The translations under genes and the position numbers were made by a program. From Chloroflexota bacterium (GTDB lineage Bacteria; Chloroflexota; Anaerolineae; Anaerolineales; Villigracilaceae), in contig JACRBL010000037.1 of NCBI GenBank assembly GCA_016234485.1, forward strand, positions 41,597 through 105,596: DNA of 64,000 nucleotides, read 5' to 3'. Shown piece by piece: positions 17,972 to 26,381 of this stretch. The notes below the pieces were generated by a model that saw only the letters and a program-made list of their open reading frames with translations, did no database searches and was not told the DNA's origin. Positions within the stretch are counted from its first letter, which is position 1; each line of letters opens with the position of its first letter.

Positions 17972-17984
17972 TATAATCCGCCTC
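17972..17984 (+). promoter_or_regulatory. -10 box (TATAAT) 7 nt upstream of the moaC ATG; probable leaderless transcript
   Basis: TATAAT at 17972-17977, then CCGCCTC, then the ATG at 17985. No Shine-Dalgarno. Confidence 0.45.
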
Positions 17985-18461
17985 ATGTCCAAACTCACAC
18001 ACGTTGACTCAACCGGCCGCGCCCGCATGGTGGACGTGGGCGACAAACCCGTCACAGAGCGGATCGCGGTGGCGAAGGGCGAAGTCCACATGACACGCGC
18101 CACGTTTGAATTGATCCGCGACGGGAATATTAAAAAAGGCGACGTGTTGACCGTGGCGCAGATCGCGGGCATCATGGCCGCCAAGAAAACGTCTGACCTG
18201 ATTCCGCTTTGCCATCCCCTGCCCCTCACAAAAGTGGACGTGGACATCGCGCTCGAAGAGTCCATCCCTGGCGTGGTCATCACCGCCACGGCCAAGACCT
18301 CCGGCAAAACGGGCGTGGAAATGGAAGCGCTCACCGCCGTCTCTGTCGCGGCGTTGACGATTTACGATATGGCCAAAGCCGCCGAAAAGACGATGCGGAT
18401 TCAGAATATCCGTCTCGTGGAAAAACACGGCGGAAGAAGCGGGGACGTGGTGAACGAGTGA
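17985..18461 (+). CDS. moaC: cyclic pyranopterin monophosphate synthase MoaC
   Basis: Track ORF trimmed to [30 protein letters not shown]...[10 protein letters not shown]...[19 protein letters not shown], a clear MoaC sequence. Confidence 0.9.
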   Translation: MSKLTHVDSTGRARMVDVGDKPVTERIAVAKGEVHMTRATFELIRDGNIKKGDVLTVAQIAGIMAAKKTSDLIPLCHPLPLTKVDVDIALEESIPGVVITATAKTSGKTGVEMEALTAVSVAALTIYDMAKAAEKTMRIQNIRLVEKHGGRSGDVVNE

Positions 18462-18520
18462 CTGAATCAAAAACAGCGGCATCCAAATGGACGCCGCTGT
18501 TCTTTTCCAACAACCGAAGG

Positions 18521-19189
18521 TTACTTCTTCTTCGCGCCTTCTTCTTCCCCTTCTTCTTCCTTCTTGCCCTTCTCGATCACTTCGGGCTCTTCCACGCCAG
18601 CCACAGCCGCGACGGCTTCCACAGCCTCTTCCACCTTGGCGGCGGTCGCGATCACGATCATCTCAGTGGGAGCAGAAAGCACCTTCACCTTTTCCGAAAG
18701 GACCAGGTCGCCCACGTGGACAGAATCGCCCACTTTGGCGAGCGCGGCGATGTCCACCACGATCTTCTCGGGCAGGTCCATCGGCAAACATTCCACTTCG
18801 ACCTGGTCGAGGCCCGTCACCAGCACGGCGTTGAAATCCTTCACCGCCAGCGAAACGCCCGTCAACTCGATGCCCACATAAGCGGTCAACTTCTCGGTCA
18901 GCGAAACCACCAAAAAGTCAATGTGCAGGAGGCGGTTCTTGATAAAGTCGCGCTGTTTCTCGCGGATCAGCGCGGGAATTTCCTGTCCATCCAGGTCAAT
19001 CATCACCAAACTGGACGACGAAACCTTCGCCAGCGCGCGCGTGGTATCGCGCGTGTTCAACGTGATGGCGATCGGATTCTCGGTGTGACGGCCATACATC
19101 ACCGCGGGAAGCAGACCCTCACGGCGCATGGCTTTCACCTGCTTGCCGATCACATCACGCTTGCTGGCTTTTAAAACTACTTTCTCCAT
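18521..19189 (-). CDS. rplY: 50S ribosomal protein L25 / general stress protein Ctc
   Basis: Trimmed to the ATG at 19189 (MEKVVLKASKRDVIGKQVKAMRREGLLPAVMYG...), preceded by GAGGAG. Acidic/lysine-rich C-terminal tail. Confidence 0.85.
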   Translation of the reverse strand: MEKVVLKASKRDVIGKQVKAMRREGLLPAVMYGRHTENPIAITLNTRDTTRALAKVSSSSLVMIDLDGQEIPALIREKQRDFIKNRLLHIDFLVVSLTEKLTAYVGIELTGVSLAVKDFNAVLVTGLDQVEVECLPMDLPEKIVVDIAALAKVGDSVHVGDLVLSEKVKVLSAPTEMIVIATAAKVEEAVEAVAAVAGVEEPEVIEKGKKEEEGEEEGAKKK

Positions 19190-19298
19190 CTTAACTCCTC
19201 GAGCGCCTCTCACCCGCCGTGCGGGTTACCATCGCTCTATGAAAAAAATTTCTCCAGCGGAGCGCGGAATTCATTCCGCTCCTCGCGCCGGGGATTCA

Positions 19299-19826
19299 CT
19301 AATTTCTGCGGAACGCGATCCGCCCAACGAGGAAGATCATTCCCGCGATCAACCCGCCGACCAGTCCCGCGATGACCGCGCCGCGCGTATCCACCACAGT
19401 ATGGACTTCGCCCTCGACGCGACCCGCCAACAGGACGACCGACTCAATGCGCTCGCCTCGGACTTCCCGCGCGGCGGTCACGCCCACTCTGGCGCCCTCC
19501 ACGGTGACAGTTTGTCCCGCTACCGCGCCGATGGCGCCTTGCGCGTTGACGAGCGTCGCGTTCACCCCGCCGACCACGCTGTTGACAATCTCCGCGCTCT
19601 CGGCATTGACCCCGCCGATGATGCTCTGTTGCGCCGCGAACGAATCCGCCTCCACGCCGCCCGCCATGGACTTGTTCATCTCCACATCATCGCTGTGGAT
19701 CGTCTCCACGCTGGACTGGTGCATGCGAACCATTTCGGCGTTCACCGCGCCCGCGTCCACATGCGCGAGATTCACAACTTCGGGCTGATTGGCTGTCTGG
19801 TCAGATTCAAGAATGGGGTCAGGCAT
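19299..19826 (-). CDS. hypothetical protein, Gly/Val-rich beta-helix-like repeats with C-terminal TM anchor
   Basis: 175 aa. Repeated GGV(E/N)A...V motifs (bactofilin-like periodicity) and a C-terminal hydrophobic segment AVIAGLVGGLIAGMIFLVG. Confidence 0.5.
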   Translation of the reverse strand: MPDPILESDQTANQPEVVNLAHVDAGAVNAEMVRMHQSSVETIHSDDVEMNKSMAGGVEADSFAAQQSIIGGVNAESAEIVNSVVGGVNATLVNAQGAIGAVAGQTVTVEGARVGVTAAREVRGERIESVVLLAGRVEGEVHTVVDTRGAVIAGLVGGLIAGMIFLVGRIAFRRN

Positions 19827-20006
19827 GAAGCGTTCCTTTGTTGGTAGGTCAAAATTAATTTTTGACCAACAGGCAAAATAATCCGCCTCCGTTATGATTC
19901 AAGTGGAGGCGGTCTCACCTGCGAGCGTCATTTTAGTCGGGGCAAGGGGATTCGTCAAGAAAACTGACCGTACAGCCTCGCGGACTCCAACGTCTCCGAC
20001 GTTGGA

Positions 20007-20240
20007 TTACCTCCTCGCCCGCTTCGCCAAAATCTCCTGTCCAAAAGGCGTACGGTCGTTGCCGAGCGGCTCCATCTTCCATAGTTCATCCAGCGTGTAC
20101 TCGCCAATCAGCACGTCATTGATCTGCTCGTCAGAGTAGCCCGACATCCAGACTTCGCGCACATCAAAATTAAGACGGATGCTCACATCCCCAATCGAGC
20201 CGCCCAACGCCCAGCGTTTTGGTTTCTCTCTATCTGCCAT
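20007..20240 (-). CDS. hypothetical small protein
   Basis: 77-aa ORF. TATACT lies 6 nt upstream of the ATG (leaderless-type arrangement). A hairpin CCGCCTCC...GGAGGCGG lies downstream. No recognisable family. Confidence 0.45.
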   Translation of the reverse strand: MADREKPKRWALGGSIGDVSIRLNFDVREVWMSGYSDEQINDVLIGEYTLDELWKMEPLGNDRTPFGQEILAKRARR

Positions 20241-20264
20241 GCCAAAAGTATAACCGTAAACTGC

Positions 20265-20306
20265 TCTCTGTTCTCTATTCTCTATTCTCTGTTCTCTTCT
20301 CTCTTG
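20265..20306 (+). repeat. heptanucleotide tandem repeat (TCTCTNT)x6
   Basis: TCTCTGT TCTCTAT TCTCTAT TCTCTGT TCTCTTC TCTCTTG, immediately upstream of the TATAAT at 20312. Confidence 0.8.
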
Positions 20307-20324
20307 GCAGGTATAATCCCCCCC

Positions 20325-21875
20325 ATGCGCCGCTACCTCCTCTTCACTGTTTTCGCCTCTGGCATGACCACCCTCGCCGCCGAACTCGCCGCAGGACGTT
20401 TGATCGGCAACGTGTTCGGCACGAGCAACCTCGTCTGGGCCGCCATCATCGGACTCATCCTCATCTATTTAACGCTCGGCTACTGGCTCGGCGGCCGCGC
20501 CGCGGATAAAAACCCCACGCCCTTCGCCATGTACCGCGTCCTCGCCTGGGGCGCGTTCACCCTGGGAGTCGTCCCGTATATCGCCAGCCCCGTTTTACGC
20601 GCCGCCGCAGACGCCTTCGACGGTCTGCAATTCGCGGTGCTGGGCGGCGCGTTCGCGGCGGTGTTGGTTCTCTTCATTGTCCCCATCACATTGCTCGGCA
20701 CGATCTCGCCCTTCGCCATCCGCCTCAGCATCGAAGACCCCGCCCACGCGGGCGTCACATCGGGACGCATCTACGCCATCTCCACGCTCGGCTCGTTCAT
20801 CGGCACATTTCTGCCCGTGCTGATTCTCATCCCCACCATCGGCACCACGCGCACCTTCCTCGTCTTCAGCCTTTTCCTGCTCTTCGTCGCCATCGCGGGC
20901 ATGGCGCTGAACGGACAACGCAAGCAGGCCATCATCCACCTTTGGATGGTCGCCGCGCTCGCCCTCCTGGCCGCGCTCAACACGAATCAAAATCTCAAAA
21001 ATTCAACCGGGCAAATCTACGAGACCGAGTCCGCCTACAACTACATTCAGGTTCTCGAACGTGACGGCTACACCCTCCTGCGCCTCAACGATGGGCAGGG
21101 CGTCCACTCCATCTATCATCCCGACGTCCTCTTTTACGGCGGCCCGTGGGAACTCTTCCTCGTCGGCCCCTACTTCAACCCAAACACGCATCCCGCGGAC
21201 GTGGGGCGGATCGGCATCGTCGGCCTCGCCGCAGGGACAGCCGCGCGCCAAGCCACCGCCATCTACGGCGACATCCCGATTGACGGCTGGGAGATTGATC
21301 CAGAAATCGTTAAAGTGGGGCGGAAATATTTCGCGATGACCATGCCCAACCTGCACGTCCACGTGGCAGACGGACGTTACGGCCTCGAGCAAAGCCCCGA
21401 GAAATTCGACATCATCGCTGTGGACGCCTACCGCCCGCCGTACATCCCCCCGCATTTGACGACGCGCGAATTCTTCGAGATCACCGCCTCCCACCTGACC
21501 CCGCGCGGGGTCCTCGCCATCAACGTGGGTCGCGCCCCCGCCGACCGCTCACTCATCAACGGCCTTGCTACCACCCTCGCCACCATCTTCCCCTCCATCC
21601 ACGTGGTGGACATTCCCGGCACGCTCAACTCGATGGTCTACGCCACCGTCCAACCGACCACGCCCGAAGACCTTTTCGCAAACCTGACGCGTCTCTCCGC
21701 CGACCCGTCCACGCATCCCATACTGACGCAAACCATCTACTCTGCCTACGCGAATCTCCAACCTGGCTACGAAACCACCATGGTCTTCACCGATGACCGC
21801 GCCCCGATTGAATGGTTGACGAATAACCTCGTCATCAATTTCATTTTGTATGGGGATGTTGAGTCGTTGCAGTAA
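20325..21875 (+). CDS. fused polytopic membrane domain / spermidine synthase-like aminopropyltransferase family protein
   Basis: The N-terminal ~200 aa are multi-TM. The C-terminal part has ESAYNYIQVLERDG..LRLNDG, IGIVGLAAGTAARQ and DIIAVDAY, which are spermidine synthase fold motifs. Start chosen at the ATG at 20325, 7 nt after TATAAT (20312-20317). The track start at 20304 is TTG. Confidence 0.75.
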   Translation: MRRYLLFTVFASGMTTLAAELAAGRLIGNVFGTSNLVWAAIIGLILIYLTLGYWLGGRAADKNPTPFAMYRVLAWGAFTLGVVPYIASPVLRAAADAFDGLQFAVLGGAFAAVLVLFIVPITLLGTISPFAIRLSIEDPAHAGVTSGRIYAISTLGSFIGTFLPVLILIPTIGTTRTFLVFSLFLLFVAIAGMALNGQRKQAIIHLWMVAALALLAALNTNQNLKNSTGQIYETESAYNYIQVLERDGYTLLRLNDGQGVHSIYHPDVLFYGGPWELFLVGPYFNPNTHPADVGRIGIVGLAAGTAARQATAIYGDIPIDGWEIDPEIVKVGRKYFAMTMPNLHVHVADGRYGLEQSPEKFDIIAVDAYRPPYIPPHLTTREFFEITASHLTPRGVLAINVGRAPADRSLINGLATTLATIFPSIHVVDIPGTLNSMVYATVQPTTPEDLFANLTRLSADPSTHPILTQTIYSAYANLQPGYETTMVFTDDRAPIEWLTNNLVINFILYGDVESLQ

Positions 21876-21891
21876 TCAGGGAGCGTAATCA

Positions 21892-22040
21892 AACAACTTC
21901 CCGTCGTTTCGTTCACGAGCAGTTGCACTGCGAGCGGGATGCAGTCCAATTGCATCCTGAACAGAAAAACAACTTCCCGATTTCAAAGTTCGCGAGCAGT
22001 TGAACTGCGAGCCGTCAGCAGTCCAACTGCTGACGGAACA
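21892..22040. repeat. two tandem ~73-bp copies of a double-hairpin element
   Basis: AACAACTTCCCG..GAGCAGTTGCACTGCGAGC..GGATGCAGTCCAATTGCATCC (21892-21963) against AACAACTTCCCG..GAGCAGTTGAACTGCGAGC..CGTCAGCAGTCCAACTGCTGACG (21968-22040). The 17-mer CAGCAGTCCAACTGCTG recurs at 17913-17929. Confidence 0.75.
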
Positions 22041-22076
22041 CGGAACTTGTTTTTACACGAGGCTATCGTTGATCGC

Positions 22077-22481
22077 TTATCGGCAGGTAATGCTCAATAC
22101 ATCGCCATTTTCAACGGCTACCGCAACAGACATTTCGGTACAATGCACAACAGCGCCAAGCCGAACTCGATTCGGGGTGAAATTTCCACGCAAAGTAACG
22201 ATCCACATCTCTCCAGTCCCTGCAATGAAAACCTCTTCTCCTTGAGCCTTTAACTGATCAAGGGATTCGCCACGTGACAATTTTCTTCCTGTGAGCAATT
22301 GAGCATTTGGTTCATTCCAGGCTTGAGCCGCGCCTAATGCAATTTGAATGGCTCGCTCTTGATTAACAGGGCCGCGCGGTGTTGGCTGAATTTGAAGTGA
22401 AAGCGCTTTTATGCTCACCACAGAAATACCAAACAGCGCCAAGAGAATCAAAATTACAAGGGCTGACTTTTGCTTAAACAT
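22077..22481 (-). CDS. hypothetical secreted/membrane-anchored protein
   Basis: 134 aa. N-terminal signal/anchor ALVILILLALFGISVV. AAGGAG RBS. Confidence 0.55.
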   Translation of the reverse strand: MFKQKSALVILILLALFGISVVSIKALSLQIQPTPRGPVNQERAIQIALGAAQAWNEPNAQLLTGRKLSRGESLDQLKAQGEEVFIAGTGEMWIVTLRGNFTPNRVRLGAVVHCTEMSVAVAVENGDVLSITCR

Positions 22482-22639
22482 AACCTGTTCTCCTTTCTCA
22501 TCTTAAATCATACAACGAATCGCCATTTTTTTGCATAGGGCATTCACTCCGCGACAGAACCAATTTGCCTTACAATGCAGGAAACTTTGCAAGGTAAAAT
22601 TCGATGCATTCGAAAATCACCGATTTCCTCAATCTGACC

Positions 22640-22667
22640 ACTGATGACTGAAAACTGATAACTGATC
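22640..22667 (+). repeat. heptanucleotide tandem repeat (ACTGANN)x4
   Basis: ACTGATG ACTGAAA ACTGATA ACTGATC, followed by CCC and the ATG at 22671. Confidence 0.75.
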
Positions 22668-22670
22668 CCC

Positions 22671-23363
22671 ATGCACCCCAAACTCATCTCCCCCCTCACT
22701 GCTTTCCTCACCCCCATTGTCCTGCTGGGATTCGCCCTCCGCCTTTTGCTCTCGCCCCTCTTCATCCAAATCGAATACCACATGCCAGGTTTTCCCGATG
22801 ACCCGTACGGGCTGACGCGCGCAGACCGTCTGCGCTGGGCGCCGTTCGCGGTGGATTATCTCGTCAACCGCGAGGGCATTTCGTACCTCGGCGATCTGCG
22901 CTTCGATGATGGGACTCCGCTTTACAACGAGCGCGAACTGAGTCACATGGAAGATGTGAAAGGCGTGACGCAGGGCGCGTTGAACGTCTTCTACTTCGCG
23001 CTGGCGGGGATCGCGCTGCTCGGGCTGTGGTCAAAGCGCGGGGACCAGTGGGCCGCTTTCCGTTCAGGGTTGAAGCGAGGCGGGAGGATCATGGTCTGGC
23101 TGGCAGGAATCCTTGCGGCGGTAGTCGTCGTCGGCATGTTCATCCTCCCTGGGCTGTTTTGGGCATTCTTCGAGGGATTCCACGCCATCTTCTTCGAGGG
23201 CGATTCGTGGATGTTCGAGTATTCCGATACGCTCATCCGCCTCTTCCCCCTGCGCTTCTGGCAGGACGCGTTTTTGTTCGCGGCGCTGATCGCGGTGGGC
23301 GGCGGGTTGGGGCTGGCGTATGGGATAAAACGTACTGCGCCTCACAGGGATGCTTCGCGATAA
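22671..23363 (+). CDS. integral membrane protein, TIGR01906/DUF1461 (Lit-like) family
   Basis: 230 aa. An N-terminal TM, then YGLTRADRLRWAPFAVDYL...NERELSHMEDVKGV, then three C-terminal TMs. The architecture is recalled from the TIGR01906 family and not verified. Confidence 0.5.
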   Translation: MHPKLISPLTAFLTPIVLLGFALRLLLSPLFIQIEYHMPGFPDDPYGLTRADRLRWAPFAVDYLVNREGISYLGDLRFDDGTPLYNERELSHMEDVKGVTQGALNVFYFALAGIALLGLWSKRGDQWAAFRSGLKRGGRIMVWLAGILAAVVVVGMFILPGLFWAFFEGFHAIFFEGDSWMFEYSDTLIRLFPLRFWQDAFLFAALIAVGGGLGLAYGIKRTAPHRDASR

Positions 23364-23424
23364 TACGTACTGCGTATTTCGTACTACGCGATACGCAATA
23401 AGCAGTACCCCAATAGCAGCACGC
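23362..23424. repeat. degenerate heptanucleotide tandem repeat (~9 units, NNTACGY-like)
   Basis: AATACGT ACTGCGT ATTTCGT ACTACGC GATACGC AATAAGC AGTACCC CAATAGC AGCACGC. Positions 3, 5 and 6 of the unit are conserved. Confidence 0.7.
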
Positions 23425-23441
23425 GCCCTCAAACACTGTTG

Positions 23442-23458
23442 TATAATCTCGCCAGGAG
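23442..23458 (+). promoter_or_regulatory. -10 box TATAAT plus AGGAG RBS upstream of fabG
   Basis: GTTGTATAATCTCGCCAGGAGTTAACTCATG. TATAAT at 23442-23447, AGGAG at 23454-23458, ATG at 23466. Confidence 0.45.
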
Positions 23459-23465
23459 TTAACTC

Positions 23466-24221
23466 ATGACCGATTTAGCGCTAAAAGATAAAGTGGCTGT
23501 TGTGACAGGCGGATCGCGCGGCATTGGGCGCGCCATCGCGCTCGAGTTCGCGGCGCGCGGCGCGGCGGTGGTTGTCAACTTTAACCGCTCGCCCGAAGCC
23601 GCCAACGAAGTGGTGAAACAGATCGTGGATGCGGGCGGAAAGGCCGCCGCGTTCCAAGCGGATGTGTCGAATTTTAAGCAAGCCGAAGACTTGATCAAAT
23701 TCGCGGTCGAGACCTTCGGCGACCTGCACATTCTCGTCAACAACGCGGGCATCACCAAAGACACGTTGATTATGATGATGTCTGAAAACGATTGGGACAC
23801 GGTGATTGACACGAACTTGAAGAGTTCCTTCAATTGCTCGAAGGCCGCCATCAAACACATGATGCGAAAACGTTTTGGCCGCATTGTGAACATCGCCTCC
23901 GTCGCGGGGCAGATGGGCAACGCCGGCCAGGCCAACTACTCGGCCTCCAAAGGCGGACAGATCGCCCTCACCAAATCGCTGGCGCGCGAAGTGGCGGCGC
24001 GCAACATCACGGTCAACGCGCTCGCGCCTGGCTTTGTGGATACCGAAATTTTGGACGCGATGTCGCAAGAGACGCTCGAATCGGCGCTGAAACTCGTGCC
24101 GCTTGGGCGCAAAGGCAAACCCGAAGAGATCGCTTATGCCGCCGCTTTCCTCGTCTCAGACCAGGCCGCGTACATCACCGGCCAGGTGCTCGGCGTGGAT
24201 GGCGGAATGGCGATGATGTAG
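23466..24221 (+). CDS. fabG: 3-oxoacyl-[acyl-carrier-protein] reductase
   Basis: 251 aa SDR. VTGGSRGIGRAIA, NNAGIT, YSASKGG, and C-terminal ITGQVLGVDGGMAM. Confidence 0.9.
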   Translation: MTDLALKDKVAVVTGGSRGIGRAIALEFAARGAAVVVNFNRSPEAANEVVKQIVDAGGKAAAFQADVSNFKQAEDLIKFAVETFGDLHILVNNAGITKDTLIMMMSENDWDTVIDTNLKSSFNCSKAAIKHMMRKRFGRIVNIASVAGQMGNAGQANYSASKGGQIALTKSLAREVAARNITVNALAPGFVDTEILDAMSQETLESALKLVPLGRKGKPEEIAYAAAFLVSDQAAYITGQVLGVDGGMAMM

Positions 24222-24230
24222 AGGAGAAGA

Positions 24231-24584
24231 ATGACTAATAGCGACACCCCCGGCAAGACCACCGTCTCCCCCGATGTGCTGGTGACCATCGCGCGGCTTT
24301 CCACGCTGGCCGTGCCTGGCGTCAGCCAGATGGCCGCCATCCCTGGCGGAGTGAATCGCCTCTTCCGCCGCGGAAGCGGAGACGGAGTCCGCATCGAGAC
24401 GGAGGAGAATACCGTCTTCGCGGACTTGTACGTCACGCTGAAGCGCGATGTCAACATCCGCGAAGTCAGCCGCAACATTCAGAAACAAGTGGCGCGCGCC
24501 ATTCAAGAAATGGTGGGCATGGACATCGGCCACGTCAACATCCACATCGAAAATATTGATTTCGAGGATGAGAGCGAGGCCTGA
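24231..24584 (+). CDS. Asp23/Gls24 family envelope stress response protein
   Basis: 117 aa. TTVSPDVLVTIARLSTLAVPGV and the V.V.I..I.F pattern. Located directly upstream of nusB, as in many Gram-positive genomes. Confidence 0.75.
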   Translation: MTNSDTPGKTTVSPDVLVTIARLSTLAVPGVSQMAAIPGGVNRLFRRGSGDGVRIETEENTVFADLYVTLKRDVNIREVSRNIQKQVARAIQEMVGMDIGHVNIHIENIDFEDESEA

Positions 24585-24588
24585 AAGA

Positions 24589-25029
24589 ATGAAATCCCGA
24601 ACCAGGGCGCGCGGATTGGCCCTGCAAGTACTTTACGAAGTGGACATCGTGAATCATCCTCCAGTCGAGACGTTTCAACTTCGACTGGAGGACGCTTCGC
24701 TCACCGACGAACTGGCGGAATTTGCGCGCCAGATCGTCTTTGGCGTGCTTCCCATCACACAAGAACTCGATCTTCTCATCGCCCGTTACGCGCCCGAATG
24801 GCCGCTCGATCAGATGGCGGCGATTGATCGCAACATCCTGCGCATCGCCTTGTGGGAATTTGGGGTGCAACGCGATACGCCCGTGAAGGTGGCGATCAAC
24901 GAAGCGGTGGAACTGGCAAAACAATACGGCTCCGAGAGCGCCTCGCGCTTTGTCAACGGAGTGTTGGGGAGTTTGACCGAACACAAGGAAGAGATTCATC
25001 AGCGCGTCGGAAAACTGGAGAGCAAGTAA
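24589..25029 (+). CDS. nusB: transcription antitermination factor NusB
   Basis: Track ORF trimmed to the ATG at 24589: MKSRTRARGLALQVLYEVD...AAIDRNILRIALWEF...INEAVELAKQYG...FVNGVLG. Confidence 0.9.
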   Translation: MKSRTRARGLALQVLYEVDIVNHPPVETFQLRLEDASLTDELAEFARQIVFGVLPITQELDLLIARYAPEWPLDQMAAIDRNILRIALWEFGVQRDTPVKVAINEAVELAKQYGSESASRFVNGVLGSLTEHKEEIHQRVGKLESK

Positions 25030-25030
25030 T

Positions 25031-25519
25031 ATGGAATTTCTTGGCGTCGGGCCAACCGAGCTGTTATTCATCTTCGTCATCGCGATCATTGTTCTTGGCC
25101 CCAAAGACATGGCAAAAGCGGGAGGACAAATCGGCGCCTGGTTAAACAAATTCGTTCATTCGGAAATGTGGAAAAACGTCCGCAAAGTGTCCGACGACCT
25201 GAGCGCCCTGCCCACCCGCCTCATGCGCGAAGACAACCTGAAAAAATTCCTGGAAGGGGAGGAAGCCAAAGCCCAGACGACCGACCAGCCCAAACGCGAC
25301 GCATGGACCGGGCGCGTCCCGGTCAGCGCTGACCCTTCGGCGGGCCGCGCCGACTTGAACCGAATCCACGCCCCAGCGCCCGCGGAAGAGTCCCCCGTCC
25401 CCATGCCGCGGCCCGCCAAACAGAAGTCCGCCGCGCCGCGCCCGAAGGCGGCTACCGTCAAGAAGAAGAGCGTCGTCCCGGCCACCCAGCGCATCCCGAG
25501 GAAGAAGTCGGATGCGTAA
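25031..25519 (+). CDS. tatA: twin-arginine translocase TatA/TatB family protein
   Basis: 162 aa. The N-terminus MEFLGVGPTELLFIFVIAIIVLGPKDM is the Tat TM plus amphipathic helix signature. Long Pro/Lys-rich tail. Confidence 0.8.
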   Translation: MEFLGVGPTELLFIFVIAIIVLGPKDMAKAGGQIGAWLNKFVHSEMWKNVRKVSDDLSALPTRLMREDNLKKFLEGEEAKAQTTDQPKRDAWTGRVPVSADPSAGRADLNRIHAPAPAEESPVPMPRPAKQKSAAPRPKAATVKKKSVVPATQRIPRKKSDA

Positions 25520-26369
25520 ATTTTTCCGCGCCGTGTGGCTCGTCCTCACCTTCCCATTTCGCGCCGTCTGGTGGATTCTCACCCTGCCGTTTCGCGCCGT
25601 GCGCTCCTCGCATCATTTTCTAACCTTCGAGTTGCCCGAGGATGACGATTGGTCCAAACAAAGCCTTTGGGATCACATCGAAGTATTGCGCAAGCACCTG
25701 CTGCGAGCGCTGGTAGCGTTGCTCCTTGCCTCCATTGCGGGCTGGTTCATGGCGGAACCTGTCACCGCGTTGCTGGCTGTGCCAATGGGAGGGACTCAAA
25801 ACCTGCAAGTGATTGACCTGACCGAGTCGATTGGCGTCTATATGAAGATCGCGGTGATGCTTGGGCTGGGAATTTCCATTCCCTACATCGCCTTTGAACT
25901 CTGGTATTTTGCGGCACATGGCTTGCACCCGCGCGAACGCCAGACCGCGCTACTCGCCATTCCGCTCACCGCGCTCCTGTTTTACGCGGGCATCTACTTC
26001 ACCTATCGCTGGATGTTGCCGCCCGCCATTGAGTTTCTGGCAAACTTTGGCGATTTCACCACCGTCCCCACCGCCGAGCGTTATTACGGCCTGCTCACGC
26101 GTCTGCTGGTGTGGATCGGACTCTTCTTTGAATTTCCGCTGGTGGTCTATTTGCTGACCTCCATCGGCTTCGTGAAACCGAATCAACTCGCGCAACAATG
26201 GCGCGTGGCGGTGGTGGCGATCGCGGTGATCGCCGCGATGGTCACGCCGACCACCGACATGGGAAGCATGGCGCTGGTGATGGCGCCGATGATCGTCCTT
26301 TATCTTATTGGCATCCTTCTGAGTTATGTCGCCTACGCGGCGCGCATGAGGCGCATTGAGTCGTCTTAG
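25512..26369 (+). CDS. tatC: twin-arginine translocase subunit TatC
   Basis: 285 aa with six TM segments. LWDHIEVLRKHLLRALVALL and the FLANFG region are typical of TatC. 8-nt overlap with tatA. Confidence 0.85.
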   Translation: MRKFFRAVWLVLTFPFRAVWWILTLPFRAVRSSHHFLTFELPEDDDWSKQSLWDHIEVLRKHLLRALVALLLASIAGWFMAEPVTALLAVPMGGTQNLQVIDLTESIGVYMKIAVMLGLGISIPYIAFELWYFAAHGLHPRERQTALLAIPLTALLFYAGIYFTYRWMLPPAIEFLANFGDFTTVPTAERYYGLLTRLLVWIGLFFEFPLVVYLLTSIGFVKPNQLAQQWRVAVVAIAVIAAMVTPTTDMGSMALVMAPMIVLYLIGILLSYVAYAARMRRIESS

Positions 26370-26381
26370 GGAGTTTTTATC

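Noticed and set aside
17826-17984. Possible Moco riboswitch or other leader RNA upstream of moaC.
   Set aside because: A TATAAT box lies only 7 nt from the ATG, so there is probably no leader. The structured sequence upstream consists of hairpins that recur at unrelated loci (REP-like). I could not recognise Moco-motif conserved features by eye. A covariance-model scan would settle it.
18209-19174. 321-aa plus-strand ORF opposite the L25/Ctc gene, and similar cases (50493-51497 opposite the hydrolase, 26394-27212, 34376-35296, 46813-47841, 45956-46666).
   Set aside because: In each case the opposite strand encodes a protein with recognisable family motifs. These ORFs are antisense artefacts.
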